A stretch of 64,000 nt of DNA from the human T2T-CHM13v2.0 reference genome, Homo sapiens: assembly GCF_009914755.1 (NCBI RefSeq), contig NC_060934.1, one strand, 5' to 3'. Shown here piece by piece: positions 33,335 through 63,293 of the stretch. Below the pieces are notes generated by a model, which saw only the letters and a list, made by a program, of their open reading frames with translations, ran no database searches and had not been told where the DNA came from. A program made the position numbers and the translations under genes. Each line of letters opens with the position of its first letter. The stretch's first letter is position 1.

Positions 33335-34000
33335 ATTTTTATTCACTGAGCCAAATGTTCTGTGAACATCTTTACTAGCTACCAAGCACTATATGGGGAT
33401 ATGGTGATGTGCAAAGCAGACTCTGTTCCTGCTCGCATGGCACTTAGAATATAATGGGAAAAACAGGGACATCAGTTACACAAGGAACCAGATAAAAGCT
33501 CTGAAAAGAGACGTTGTTCTCTGCATGTATGTATGGTCATGCACCTCATAACAATGTTTCAGTCAACAACAGACCACATATATGACAGTAATCTTGTAAG
33601 ATTATAATACTGTATTTTTACTATACCTTTTCTGTGTTTAGGTATGTTTAGATATACACATACTTACCATTGTGTTACCATTGCCGACAGCATTCAGTAC
33701 AGTGACATGCTATAGGTTTGTAGCTTGCTAGCAATAGCCTAGGTGTGTAGTAGGGTATACCATCTAGGTTTGTGTAAGTACACCCTATGATGTTCACACA
33801 ACAACACACCTATTGGCATATTTCTCAGACCATATCCTTGTTGTTAAGCAGCTCAAGACTATAATTGTGTGTGAGTTGTGGGGGTGGATTGGAGTAATAG
33901 AAACTCAGAAGAATTTCTGAGAAAAGAAAATTTAATTTGAGAGACGAGAGATTAGTAGGTGTTAATTAACTATGGGAAGGAGGTAGGGGAAATGTGGTTG
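33335..34000. mobile_element. L2 fragments (antisense) with a nested Tigger3a/MER7A (about 33534-33861)
   Basis: gtcatgcacctcataacaatgtttcagtcaacaacagaccacatata matches the Tigger3 terminus. Confidence 0.75.
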
Positions 34001-34399
34001 GTAGAAAGGACTATAGGATATCAACGTATATTTTCAGAAGACAGAAAAAGCAAAGTTAGATCTTAATTTCCCTCTTAAGACTCATTCTGGTTTATATAAA
34101 AATTTATATTTTCGTCTCACCATTTGATGTACTTAAACATGCCTTTATGAGGTTCAGTTTTGACTGTGGACTGTTAGGCTGTTTTAAAAAAAATTAGGGA
34201 AACTGAAAATTGGAAGGGGGCACTGGATGAGTATATTGTTAAAATTTTATGGGAAGAAAAGATACAATTATACCTAGGCACTAGATATTTCTGTAAATCC
34301 ATAGCTGTACAGTTGCTCCCATTGGAGAAGCATGAAGGCATTCTTAGGCAGACATTCTGTCAGTTTCTATCTCTCTCTTTCCAAAATCAAATAGGAGTG

Positions 34400-36790
<2,391 letters not shown>

Positions 36791-36797
36791 ATATTAA

Positions 36798-39224
<2,427 letters not shown>

Positions 39225-39987
39225 TAAACCCTAGGTTTTGACTTCTGTAAGAAGGAAAGATTTAAACAAACAAACAAACATTAAATTACAACCATAATAA
39301 ACAAAAAAACACTAAACTAAATTACAACCATAATAAAATCTCCCAAAGTCCGTAGGCACTGACATATTACAGCCTTGCCAAATCAGAATAGATTTCTCAT
39401 GTGTTGTCAATTTACCAGACACAAAGAGTAGCTCAGATCTCATAGACTCTTCAGATCTTGTAGACTAATTTCAAGTCTTTTTAAAGTTTTGAAAAACATG
39501 TGCTATTTGGAATTACGTCATCCTCGAATATTAAACCTGAGCTCAAAAACCTATTGTTTGATATTGGAAATAGTTAACTCCAGTTTTCTTCTATTAAGAT
39601 AAAATTCTTTCATCATGTCTGTGCCCTCTAAAATAATACTCCTATTGCTTTGTCTTCCCCTTCTCCCCTCCTAGTCCTTCTTTAGTCATTCTATTTAGAA
39701 TCAAGTCGCTCATGAGTTTAAGAATTAGAGCAGCAAGAAATTGAGCTAGAGATGTACAAAAGCTTTGGACAATAGTAGTTTTGCTTGTCCTCATTCTTAT
39801 TAGAAGTGCTGTTAATTTACTGATAAATTCTAGGACGGAAGACAAATCTTTGCAACTGGTACTATATCAGTCGGTAATTATTTGTTTTCCTTAGACCATA
39901 TTGAGCTCCCGAAGTACAGAACAATGAGTAGATGTGAACCAAGATGCTGGGATTTTTTAAGTTTCAAATATGTGTGTGTATATATAA

Positions 39988-40639
<652 letters not shown>

Positions 40640-41227
40640 ATTTAGACCTTTTCTAAGGAGATTAGAAAATTAGTTGATAAAATTATTTTTAAGAAGTAGC
40701 TACAGTAGTTCATCAGTTATTGTTGAACCATGATATTGTAGGCAGAAAGGAGGAGGAGCATTTTGGGAGGTATATCTTACAAAACAACAACAGTAAACAA
40801 ACTGATCTAATAACTTTCTGAAGTCACAATATCTGCCACTTTCATAGAGTCAAGATAGAATCACGGTCTTCAGTTCATCTTCTCCCCAGGAAGTTTTGTA
40901 ACTTTTGGTGGAGTCCCAAATAGATTGACATAGTCCATGCCACATAGAAGCAGTTCTTCTGACCAGAAACACCTGAGATGAGTACTGTTCCTAAAATACT
41001 AGCCCTGTAGCTTGCCCCACAGTCTGTAGCTAACTCACATGCTACTACCTCTACATAGATAGCCATGTCTGATAGTCTACATAGCTGGAGTTAGGTGTGA
41101 ACTCTATTGTGAGGGCACATATGGCTTATGCCATTACCGCAGTGTCAGTAAAAAGTATTGCTGAACCTGTGGAAATTTCAAATATACCATCGGTATCAGC
41201 AGCCACACAGTTTAGCCTTTGTCACTA

Positions 41228-41651
<424 letters not shown>

Positions 41652-42362
41652 TTATAATGAAGATAAAGACTACCAGTTAATTCTTCTTCTAACAATAATA
41701 GCCTTAGTGTTTCAGAATCACAATAGAGGAAGATGTTCTTATTGTATAAGCTGTTTGGGGTTGGGCAGATATTTATGTCATTTCAGATGAGACTTGTATT
41801 TAAAAGGTTATTTTTTATTAAAACAGTAACTATGTTTTTTTAAAAAACCAAATACTGTAGTATTATATGACAGCAGGGTTACCCCAAATCCCATATGCAT
41901 AAATAACTGCCATTATTAACACTGTAGACAACTTTAATTGCATAGACACAGATAGGGTGAGCAAAGGGCTAAAAGGGATGAGTGGAGGGATGGATGGTTG
42001 GAAGGATAGACATGATTTTAATAAAAATGGGGTTACATTATATATGCTGCTTGTATTTTTAAATATTAATTTTGATTCTATTTGAATTTAGCAGAAAGGG
42101 AAATTGAAGCCATTGGTACCATGAAGTAAATGTTAATTCACAGCAGGAAGTACTGTAATTAGTTTCTAAAAGCTGCTTCTGAGTTTGTGGGGAAAAACAT
42201 TATGAGGGGAAAAAAACTAAGTCATTGGGATCTTTTTAACTTTCCATTTTAGACAGTGGTTGTGCTTTGAAAGGTGAGGAAATTAGTATTCTAACATTTC
42301 TTTTCATCACTTTTTCCCTGAATTGCTGAGTTAGTAAATTATTTTAGTTTTATTCTCTCCAG

Positions 42363-42645
<283 letters not shown>

Positions 42646-43445
42646 TGAGTAGCTGGGATTACAGGAGCCCACCACCACAGTCCGGATAATTTTTATAGTT
42701 TTAGTAGAGATGGGGTTTCACCATATTGGTAATGCTGTAAATAAGTTGTTTTGATGTTAATTCTGTGGTGAACAATGATTAAAATATTGTATTCTTCTAG
42801 GATTAAAGGGTGTGGGGGAAGGGATAGCATCATGGAGTTTTTAGAAAACCAGCTGTTGGGTTGACTGAGGGACATTCATGAGTTTTCGCCAAGCTCTCTT
42901 GCTTGTGGAAAAGAGGACAATGGGGCACTTCATGACCCAGAAAGAATTTTCTTGAAAATGATTTGCTTTACTGAATGGAAATTCTGTTTTACTAAAATAG
43001 AAAACATTAGATATAGTCCAAAAATATTTATTGTTAAGCATATATATCGCGTGCTATAAAACTCTATTAGATATTTTGTAGCTTTAGTAGAGATCAATAT
43101 GCTAGTAAGTTGTCTTGCACAATATTTACAGATTTCTGCTGTTTTATAAGTTTTTATCACTTCCACGTGCGCCATCATTAAAGATTCTTCTGATTCTTGC
43201 GTAACTGTATTCCATCCAATCTTTGATCTATATTGCCAGTGTAGTTTTTCTAAAACATGCCATTATCCTGTCAGTAATCCTTCAATGACTCCTTATAATC
43301 TTCAGGATAAAATCCAGACTCTAACATGGCTTTCCATGCATATTTTAGTGTACTGCTTACTATTTTACCCAATTTATCTCCATGTCCCAGTAATCAGCAT
43401 AATAATAGCTAACATTTATGTAGTATTTTTTATGCCAGTAACTGA

Positions 43446-43855
<410 letters not shown>

Positions 43856-44021
43856 GTCAATCTCTTTAATTATGTAATACTTGCTTATTCTTTGAGATTC
43901 CATCCAGACATCTTTTCTTGGAAGCAGAATTCCCATACTCATTTTCTGCACCTCCACCCCCACCCCTTAAAATTTTTGTGAGCTGTCAGGGCAATATGTT
44001 ATATAATATCTAGTCTAAAAT

Positions 44022-44805
44022 GGCCAGGTGTGGTGGCTCACACCTGTAATCCCAGAACTTTGGGAGGCCGAGGCAGGCAGACCACAAGGTTAGGAGATCG
44101 AGACCATCCTGGCTAACATGGTGAAACCCCGTCTCTACTAAAAATACAAAAAGTTAGCCGAGCGTGGTGGCAGGTGCCTGTTGTCCCAGCTACTCGTGAG
44201 GCTGAGGCAGGAGAATGGCATGAACCCAGGAGGCAGAGCTTGCAGTGGGCCACTGTACTCCAGCCTGGGCGACAGAGCGAGACTCTGTCTCAAATAAAAA
44301 AAAAAATAATAATAATACCTAGTATAAAACAGAACATAGTTTTTTTCTCCCTTACTCTCATCCTGTGTTGCCCCTTTTTCTGCAGTGGTTAAAGTTCAGT
44401 GGGATTCAGCTGCCCTAGTTTAAGAGCAGAGGAAATAGGATTTTTGATTGTTCATCATTACCACTGCCTTCTTCAAACCACGTGTTTGAAAACACATGGG
44501 CCAGGTTTGGTGGCCCATGCCTGTAATCCCAGCTCTTTGGGAGGCTGAGGTGGGCCAGTCGTTTGAGCTCAGGAGTTAGAGACCAACCTGGGCAACGTGG
44601 TGAAACCCTGTCTCTACAAAAAATATAAGAGTTAGCTGGGTGTGGTGGGGTGCCTGTATAGTCCCAGCTACTTGGGAGGCTGAGGTGGGAGAATTGCTTG
44701 AGCACAGGAGGTTCATTGAGGCTGCAGTGAGCTGTGTTTGCACCACTGCACTCCAGCCTGGGCAACAAAGAGAGACCCTGTCTCAGAAAAAAACAACAAA
44801 AAACA
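44022..44805 (+). mobile_element. AluY-like (44022-44312) and AluJ (44498-44805)
   Basis: Alu consensus, imperfect TSDs. Confidence 0.92.
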
Positions 44806-44992
44806 CACATGGTCCACTGGTAGGAGGCACAAAATTAGTAAGATCTTGCTTTCAGAGATCCCAGATTCTACTGGTAAAAGACCGACTTATAAATAGCTAA
44901 TTATATCTAGCTGGGTCAGAGACTTAAACATTAAAAAAAAAAAAAAGTAAAAGAAGTAGAAGCAACATAGACAATTTTTTCCCCTATCATAT

Positions 44993-45354
44993 TGTCTTAG
45001 TTCATTTTCTGTTGCTATGACAGAATACCTGAGACTGGGTAATATATAAAGAAAAGACATTGATTTCTTAATAGCTGTGAAGTCTGGGAAGTCCAAGGTT
45101 GAGGAGCCATATCTGATGAGGGCCTTTTTGCCTCTAATGATGGAGGGCACCTCATGGGAGAGAGCAAGAGTGCCAGCTCAGGTCTGTCTTCCCCTTCTTA
45201 AAAGCCCCTATTCCCATCATGGGGACCCCACCCTGATGACCTTACTTAATCCTAATTACTTTCCAAAGGCCCTACTTCCAAATACCATAAACATATGAAT
45301 TTGGGGATTAATTTCTCAACACATGAAATTTGGGGATACATTCAAACTATAGCA
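44993..45354 (-). mobile_element. MST-type MaLR solo LTR inside old L1 sequence
   Basis: TG...CA ends with perfect 5-bp TSD CATAT (44988 and 45355). Confidence 0.88.
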
Positions 45355-45607
45355 CATATTGAAATGGGAAAGGCCTTTAAATTATAAAGGAAATGGTTTA
45401 TATAAAAATTAAATACTTTATATGACAAAAGCCATATAATTAAAAAGCAAATAGAGAAAAAAGATGGCAGCTTTTATTAATACATAACTTTCTGCCATAT
45501 ATTAGAATGAACTCTTAATATTCAGAAAGTAGAAAAGATTAATGACTCATTAGAAAATACGGACAAGGCAATGAATAGGCAGTTCACAAAGAATTAAAAA
45601 GCTCATA

Positions 45608-46830
<1,223 letters not shown>

Positions 46831-47039
46831 TGAAAATTTATAATAGGAGAAGAATGAAGCATTTATCCTATTACCTACAAAATGTATTACAAGGTAATCA
46901 AATAGTTAACAGTGGAAAGCTTTTCATTGAATAATTTAGTTAAGAAGAATGAGAGAGAGTACTATTTTGCATCCATGTACAGTAATTGTTCCAGGCAGAT
47001 TATCAGTATATGCTAGTACATTGAAAAGTGTAGAAAAGT

Positions 47040-47530
47040 AACAATGCAGACCATGTGAGGTGTATAGGCCATTGTGACAACTTCCACTTTTACTCTGAGC
47101 AAAATCAGCAGCATTGTAGGCGTTTGAGCAGGAGAGTTGACAGGATGAAATATGGCTTAGTTTTAGCAAACTAACTGGTTGCTTACGTTGATAATTGGCC
47201 AGGAGTGCTGGGAGCAGAATTGACACATAGACCAAGCTGGAAGTTATTGCATCAATCCAGGTGAGAGATGAAGGTTGCTCGTACCAGATACTAGTAGAGG
47301 ACAGAAGTGATTAGGACTGTAAATATATTAGATTGATAGATCTAACAGACTTTGCTAATAGATTAATGTGGAAAGTAAGAAGAGAGAAAAGGAGGATTAA
47401 AGAGAGGAGATTAGGAGGACTCTAAAGTTTTTGGTTTAAGCAACTGAAAGTTTAGAGTTGCCATTAACCAAGAAGGAGGAGACTGGGTGGCACAGGTTTG
47501 GAGACAATAAAGAATTCAGTTTTGACTACC
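47040..47530 (-). mobile_element. L2 fragment
   Basis: aatccaggtgagagatgaagg, aaagtttttggtttaagcaactgaaag motifs. Confidence 0.75.
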
Positions 47531-47689
47531 TTCCACGTAGTAGGTACTCTCTGTGAGCATAATATTGCTGAATATTAAGTTCCAAGGGTATGAGAAAGCT
47601 GTCATGAGATGGCCTTTCATTGTCAGACTCATATTGTTCATTAATCATGATTTCTCATTTCGTCAACTTGATGTTTTTGTATTGTGTTT

Positions 47690-50695
<3,006 letters not shown>

Positions 50696-50943
50696 TGAGA
50701 ATATTAGCCAATATTTGTGGTACCATGATATTTTATAGATTGTTGTGGTGGAAATATCCTCTTAAAAGCCATGTGATCTGTCTTCCATTGTTTTACCACT
50801 TTTCAGTGTTTGATAATTCACTATTTCTCTTAGTCTGTCTCTTTGGATAACATTGATTTATTTGTTTTTAGTTGATGTACTGGCTCTGTCTTCTTCTAGC
50901 TTCCTCTAATTGCTATTCATTTGAGTTTTGTTGTCCTAGATAA

Positions 50944-53295
<2,352 letters not shown>

Positions 53296-53467
53296 AAGTA
53301 GTATCTTTGGATTCTTTTGCAGGGCATAAGCAAGGGGTTCACTTTGTCCAGCAAGACTGTCATCCTTTCTCTGTACCTCGGAAGAGAAGAACTTCCTTTG
53401 CCAGTGTTTGGATATCCCCCCTCCCCAGTCAATCCTTTCTGCACCTGGGGGTGCAGTGTCTCTAGGA

Positions 53468-53654
53468 CAGCACTTCTCAAACTTCAGTAAACATAAGAAT
53501 CACCTGGAAAGCTTGTTAAAACTAAGATTCTTGAATACCATTTCCAGATATTCTGATTGATTAGGTCTGGGTTGAGGTATAAGAATTTACATTTCTGTGG
53601 AACAAGCTGCCCGATGCTGATATTGCAGGTCAGTGGACCACACTTTTGAGTAAG
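53468..53654. mobile_element. MER5A
   Basis: cagcacttctcaaactt...agaatcacctgg; 8-bp hAT-type TSD nTCTAGGn on both sides. Confidence 0.85.
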
Positions 53655-54284
53655 GTCTAGGGTCTTAGCCTTTATGCGAGAGTCTCAGTTTCATTTCTTA
53701 AGGCCCTTCTGCCCCTGCATATGTATTAAAACCCAAGTTGGTTTTAATACATGGGTAACACAGCATGTTACCCATATTAATCAGTGCACTCTCAGCTCTG
53801 TCCTCCAGATTCTTCATTTCTGGTACGTGAGGCATTTCCTACCTACCTTTTCAGCTTAGCTTGATGTGTGTGTTTGTTGGGGAGGGGAGTGGGTATACGT
53901 GTGCACTTATCACATATTTTATCCATTATATATAGTAATAAGACTTTTAAGTTGTCTTCACATACTTCTCTGAATAGTTTGGTCCCACCAATAAACCTAT
54001 CACTGTTCAACTGGAAGTTTCCTGTAAATCTATTTATAGACCTTTTGGGAAAATGCCATTAAATAAATACCACATTATTTTGGCTTTAGTATATACTTAA
54101 TTTACGGAAATGCAGTGCTTTACAGTTATTTAGAACATCACTTCTCATTTGAAAATAGTAAAGTTTTCAGATTTGTACCCAATGTGTTTTGAGCTTAGAA
54201 TGTAACAATGCATGTTTTTAAAAATTGCATTCTTAATCGTTTGTTGACTTGTCATTTGTTTCTCTTTTAGCATTAGGATGTTAA

Positions 54285-55161
<877 letters not shown>

Positions 55162-55194
55162 TAGTAATCAGTTCATCACCACATAAGAGATATA

Positions 55195-55398
55195 CAGGTT
55201 GAGTGTCTCTTATCCCAAATGCTTGGAACCAGAATTATTTTGGATTTTGGAATATTTGAGTTATGCTTACCAGTTTAGCATTTCTAATCTGAAATCCTCC
55301 AATGAGCATTTCCTTTGAGGATCATGACCGTGCTAAAAAAGTTTCAGATTTTGGAGTATTTTGGATTTCAGATTTTCCGATTAGGGATTCTTAACTCA
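55195..55398 (-). mobile_element. Tigger4a/MER46-like MITE
   Basis: TA-CAGGTTGAG TIR; ends match those of the large element at 18422-21538 in inverse orientation. Confidence 0.8.
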
Positions 55399-55910
55399 TA
55401 CTATTTAGTTTATAATATTATTCCCAAAAACGTTCAACAACTTATAGTATTCTCTTTTAGCTGTACTGACATTCTTTGTAATAATTGTAGATTCAGAGAA
55501 GAATATACACCACCACTTAGGACTTGCTGATTGCTTAGGGTCCTTGTATAAATCTAATTTGGGTTGTTTTTTCCTTAAATGGCATGACCTTATACTTACT
55601 CAACCTTAAGAGATTTTACTGGATTGTTTGTCTAATCTTTAATGCCATCTGTAAACTCTACATCTTTTCCTGAGCACTTGGAATAATTAGACTAGATACT
55701 GAGGTATCCTACTGCTTACACATCTCCAGTCAAAAGTACCCATTTATTCCTATCTTTAAACCAGTATTCTAATCATATAACTTTATACTCTTTTACTCAG
55801 CAAATTGGGACCTAAAGATATGCTACACTATTCTGAAAATGTAACTATTAGTTGTAACTTTAATAAATAGAGCAAGAAACCTGTGACAAAAATGGATTGA
55901 TTTGATCCTT

Positions 55911-57570
<1,660 letters not shown>

Positions 57571-57574
57571 TTTT

Positions 57575-60448
57575 TTTGTAGGAGAAATTTTATTTTTTAA
57601 ATTAAGTTGTAGTAAAACTGACCATTTTTGTGTACAGTTGTATGAATTTTACCTCATGTATAAATTTATATACCCAACACCACAACTAAGAAACAGAATA
57701 GTTTCATGACCTCAAGAAGTTCCCTGTGCTGTCTTTTCTAATTGCCCCACCCAAAACCTCTGGCAGCCTCTGATCCATTCATTTGCTATAGTTATGTTTT
57801 TTAGAGAATGTCATATAAATGGAATCATACACTGTGTAACCATTTGAGACTGGCTTCATTCACTCAACATGTATTTGAGAGTAATCCAAGTTGTATCTTC
57901 CGTTATTTCACTCCATTTTAAAAAACTAAAATTCACCATTTGAGCCATTTTAAGGTGTGTATAATTCAGGAGCTTTTAGTATATTCAAAGTGTTGTACAA
58001 CCATTACCACTATCTAATTGTATAGCATTTTGATCACCTCCCAAAAGATAGACCATACCTATTACATAGTCACTTCCATTTCCATATTTCCTCCATAATA
58101 TCCTTTATGTCTGTGAATTTTCCTGTTCTGGACATTTCATATAAATGGAATCATACAATATATGGCCTTTTGTGTCTGGCTTTCATTTAGCATATTTTTG
58201 AAGTTCATCCATGTTGTACGTATCAGTATTCATTCATGTTGTCAGCTCAGGTTGCCATAACCAAAATACCACAGGCTTAGTGGCTTGAACCACAGATACT
58301 TATTTCTTATAGTTCTGAAGGCTGGAAGTACAGATCAAGGTCCGGCAGTGTTGGTTTCTGCTGAGGCCTCTCCTCCTGGCTTGTAGGTAGCTACCTTCTC
58401 ACTTTAACCCCACACAGCCGTTTCTCTGTGCTCATGCAGGGAGGTAGCACAAGTGATCTCGAGCGTGTGTGCACCTTCTCTGGTTTCTGTCCTAACAAGG
58501 ACACTAATTCTGTCAGATCAGGGACCCACCCTTCTGACCTCATTTCATCTTTGTTGCTTCCTTAGAGACCTCATCTCCAAATACAGCCACACTGGGGTTA
58601 GGGCGTTAACATGAATTTTGGGAGTGACATAAACTTTGAGTCCTTAACAGTTCTTTTTTATGGTTGAATAATATTCCATTGGATGGCTGTACTCCATTTT
58701 GTTTATCCACTCTTTAGTTGGTGGACATTTGAGTGTTTCCGCTGTCAGGTTATTATGAATAATGCTGCTGTTCAATACTGCTGTGAACATTCATGTATGA
58801 CTTTTTGTTTGAACACCTGTTTTCATTTCTCTTGAGTATATACTTAGGAGTGGAATGCTGGGTCATTTGGTAATTCTATTTTTAACTTTTTGAGAAACAC
58901 CTAACTTGTTTTCCAGAGCATCTGCGCCGTTTTGCATTCCCACCAGCAATGTGTGAGGGCTCCCATTTCTTCACTTCCTTTACCAGCACTCGTTATTTTC
59001 TTTGTATGCGTGTAGTTTTTTTGTTTTGTTTTGTTTTGTTTGAGATGGAGTCTCGCTGTGTCGCCCAAGCTGGAGTGCAGTGGCATGATCCTAGTTCAGT
59101 GTAACTTTGAACTCCTGGAGTGAAGTGATCCTCTCACCTCAGTCTAGGACTACGTACCACATCTGGCTAACCTTTAAGATATTTTGTAGAGAAGGGGTCT
59201 GGCTGTGTTGTGCAGGCTGATTTCAAACTCCTGGCCTCAAGCAATCTTCTCACCTCTACTTCCCCAAAGCACTAGGACTGTAAGTGTGAGTCACCCCTGC
59301 CCAGCCTAAAACTGATTTTCTTATGCTAATCTTGTATTCTACAACCTTGCTGAACCTGTTTATTAGGTTAATGGTGGTGTTTTGAAAGATTCTTTAGAAT
59401 TATGTATATATAAAATCATGTCATCTATAAAAGTAGTTTTACTTGGTCTTTCCAATTTGGATGCCTTTTATTTCTTTTTCTTTTTTCTAACCACCCTTGC
59501 TAGAACTTCTAGACAATGTTGAGTAGAAATGGTAAGAGCAGACATCCTTGCCTTATTTTTGATATTAGGGGAAAGCTTTCAGTATTTTGCTATTGAGTAT
59601 GTTAGCTGTTTCATAACCAGGGTTATGAAAAAGCTCCTTTCTATTCCTAGATTGTTGAGCGTTTTTATCATGAAAAGGTGTTGGACTTTGTCCAGTGCTT
59701 TTCCTATGTCAACTGAGATGATCAGGTTTCTCTTTTCCCCGCTTTATTCTGTTAATATGGTGACTTTTTTTCAACTGATTGATTTTTGTATGTTGAACCA
59801 GCCTTGCATCTCTGGGATAATTCCATGATGGATGGTCATATGCTGCTAAATTTTGTTTGCTAGTATTTTCTTGAGGATTCTTGCATCTCTATTCGTGAGG
59901 GAGATTGGTCTGTAGTTTCCTTATGATGATGTCTGTCTTTGCTATCAGGGTAATACTAGATTTATGGGATGAGTTTGGAAGTATTCATCCCTTTTCTCTT
60001 TTTTTGGAAGAGTTGAAGGAAGGATTGGTGTTCTTCTTTAAATGTTTGGTAGGATTCACCAATGAAGCCATATGGTCCTGGGGTTTTTTTTGTTGGAAGT
60101 TTTATTACAGTTTTCATACTTGTTATAGGTCTTTTCAGTTTTTTAGTTGAGTCAGTTTTGGTAGTTTCTAGAGGTTTATCCATTCATCTAGATTATCTAA
60201 TTTGTTGGCATACAATAGTTCATGGTATTCTCTTGTAATCCTTCCTGTTTCTATAAGATTGTAAAGATGTCCCCAGTTTTATTCCTGATTTTAGTAAATT
60301 GAATCTTCTCTCTTCTTTTTTCTTGGTCTGTCTAGTTAAAGGTTTGTCAATATTGATTTTTTCCGAGAAATTTTGGGTTCATTGATACTGATTTTTCTGA
60401 CTCTTTTTTTTTTTTTTTTTTTTGAGACAGGGTCTTACTCTGTCTTGA

Positions 60449-60480
<32 letters not shown>

Positions 60481-62240
60481 GAGACAGGGTCTCTGTCGCC
60501 CACACTGGAGTGCAGTGGTGTCATTTCTGTTCACTGCAACTTCTGCCTCCCAGGTTCAAGCAGTTCTCCTGTCTCAGCCTCCTGAGTAGCTGGGATTACA
60601 GGTGCACGCCACCACGTCCAACTAATTTTTGTATTTTTAGTTAGAGACAGGTTTTTACCATGTTGGCCAGGCTAGTTGCGAACGCCTGACCTCAGGTGAT
60701 CACCTGCCTCGGCCTCCCATAGTGCTGGGATTACAGGTGTGAGCCACCACACCTAGCCTGTAGTTACTTTTTTGAGTAACTATTTAAGAATGTATTGTTT
60801 AATTTCCACATATTTGCAAATTTTTCAGTTTTCCTGTTAGTGATTTCTAACTTCATTGCATTGTGGTTGGAAAAGATACTTTGTGTGATTTCAGTCTTTT
60901 GAAATTTACGGCAAGTTTTTTTGTGGTCTAACGTGTTGCCCTAGAGGATGTTCCAGTGCACTTGAAAAGAATGTGTATTCTGCTCGTGTTGGTTGGAGTG
61001 TTCTGCATATGTCTTTTAGGTCTAGTTGCCTAACGGTGTTGTTTAAGTCTTCTTTTTCCTTATGTATCTTTTGCTTAGTTGTACCACCCATTATTGAAAG
61101 TAGGGTGTTGAAGTCTCTAGCTATTATTGTTGAGCCATTTCTTCCTTCAAGTCTGTCAATTTTTGCTTCATAGAATTTGGGGCTGTGTTGTTAGGGGCAT
61201 ATATGTTTTTAATTCTTAAATGTTCTTGATTGACTCTTATCATTATATAATGTCCTTTGTCTTTTTAAGTAGTTTTGTCTTAATGCCTTTCTTAGTCCAC
61301 TTGGGCTGCCTAAGTGGCTTATAAAAAAAATTATTTCTCACAGTTCTGGAGGCTGGGAAGTTCAAGATCAAGACACAGACAGATTTGGTATGGTGAGGTG
61401 CCGCTTTCTGGTTCATGGATGACTGTCTTTTTGCTATGTTCTCACATGACAAAAGGATGAGGGATCTCTCTTGGTGCCTCTTTTATAAGGGCACTAATCC
61501 CATTTATGAGGACACTGCCCTTATTTTCTTAATCACCTTCCAAAGGCCCCACTTCTTAATCCTATCACCTTGGAGGTGATAGGATTTCAACATATGAATT
61601 TTTGGGGGGACTCCAACAGTTAGACCATCGCAGTGCCTATTTTGTCTGATACTAGTATAGCCACTCCATTTCTTTTTTGGTTGCTGTTCGCATGGGCTTT
61701 TTCTTTTCTTTCACCTTCAACCTCTTTGTGTCTTTGGATCTAAAGCAAATGTCTTGTGTACAGAATATTGTTGGATAATGCTTTTTAAATTAATTCTGCC
61801 CATCTCTGCCTATTAATTGGAGGCTTTACTCCATTTACATGTAATATAATTGCTGATAAGGAGGAACATTTCCCATTTTATATTTCTTTCTGTCTGTCTT
61901 ATATCAGTTTTGTTCAAGCCCTCCATGACTGATTTTTGTGTTACATATTTTCTAGTGTACCATTTTGATTCCCTTCTCATTTATTTTACTACATAATAGT
62001 TATTTTCTTGGTGTTTGTCCTGGGGATTATAATTAACACCTTCATTTGTAGCAGTCTATTTTGAATTAATAACAACTTGGTTTCAATAGTATATAAAATA
62101 CTTTGCTGCTACATAGCTCTCCCCCCTCCAATAAATCTTTATGCATTGTTTGTCCATCAACACAGAGTTATAATTATTGTTGTATGTAGTCTTTTAAGTC
62201 ATATAGGGAACAAAAGAGGCATTAACAAACTGAAAACATA
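57575..62240 (-). mobile_element. Long old L1M (ORF2 remnants) with nested MaLR LTRs (about 58240-58630, 61290-61633) and Alus (59015-59307, 60403-60758)
   Basis: Antisense ORFs LPTKKTPGPYGFIGESYQTFKEE and KEKEDLNNTVRQLDLKDICRTLQPTRAEYTFFSSA are L1 ORF2/endonuclease-like. Confidence 0.88.
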
Positions 62241-62398
62241 ACCTCTCTGCCTTCTTTGCTTCCTAACACTTTATAATATAATATCTCTAATATGCTTTCA
62301 GATACTATTCTAAATAATTTACAAATACTTGTCTAATCACGTTATAAATTTATAGCCAAGGAAAGTGAGGTGTGAAGAAGACAAATTGTCCAAGGTAT

Positions 62399-62719
<321 letters not shown>

Positions 62720-63001
62720 TTAAAAGAGAATCAGATATTTGAACCCAGGTGACCTGGCTTCGTAATTCATATTCTTAACCACTACATCTCTTACTTCCTA
62801 GAGTTGTAGTACTCCTTCTATTACACTACAACAGTGAATGTAAAATTCAGTTGGATACATAAAATGTGCATTCATGTTGAAAATGAAGGAAAAATAAAGT
62901 GAAAGATACTGGGAATCATTTGGGAGGAAAGATAACAGCTGGAAGGGACTTTTGAACTATGGCCTTGAAGACCACGTAGGATCAAGACTATTGATATTTG
63001 A

Positions 63002-63293
<292 letters not shown>

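Noticed and set aside
57575-62240. Active L1
   Set aside because: Fragmented ORF2 with nested LTRs and Alus
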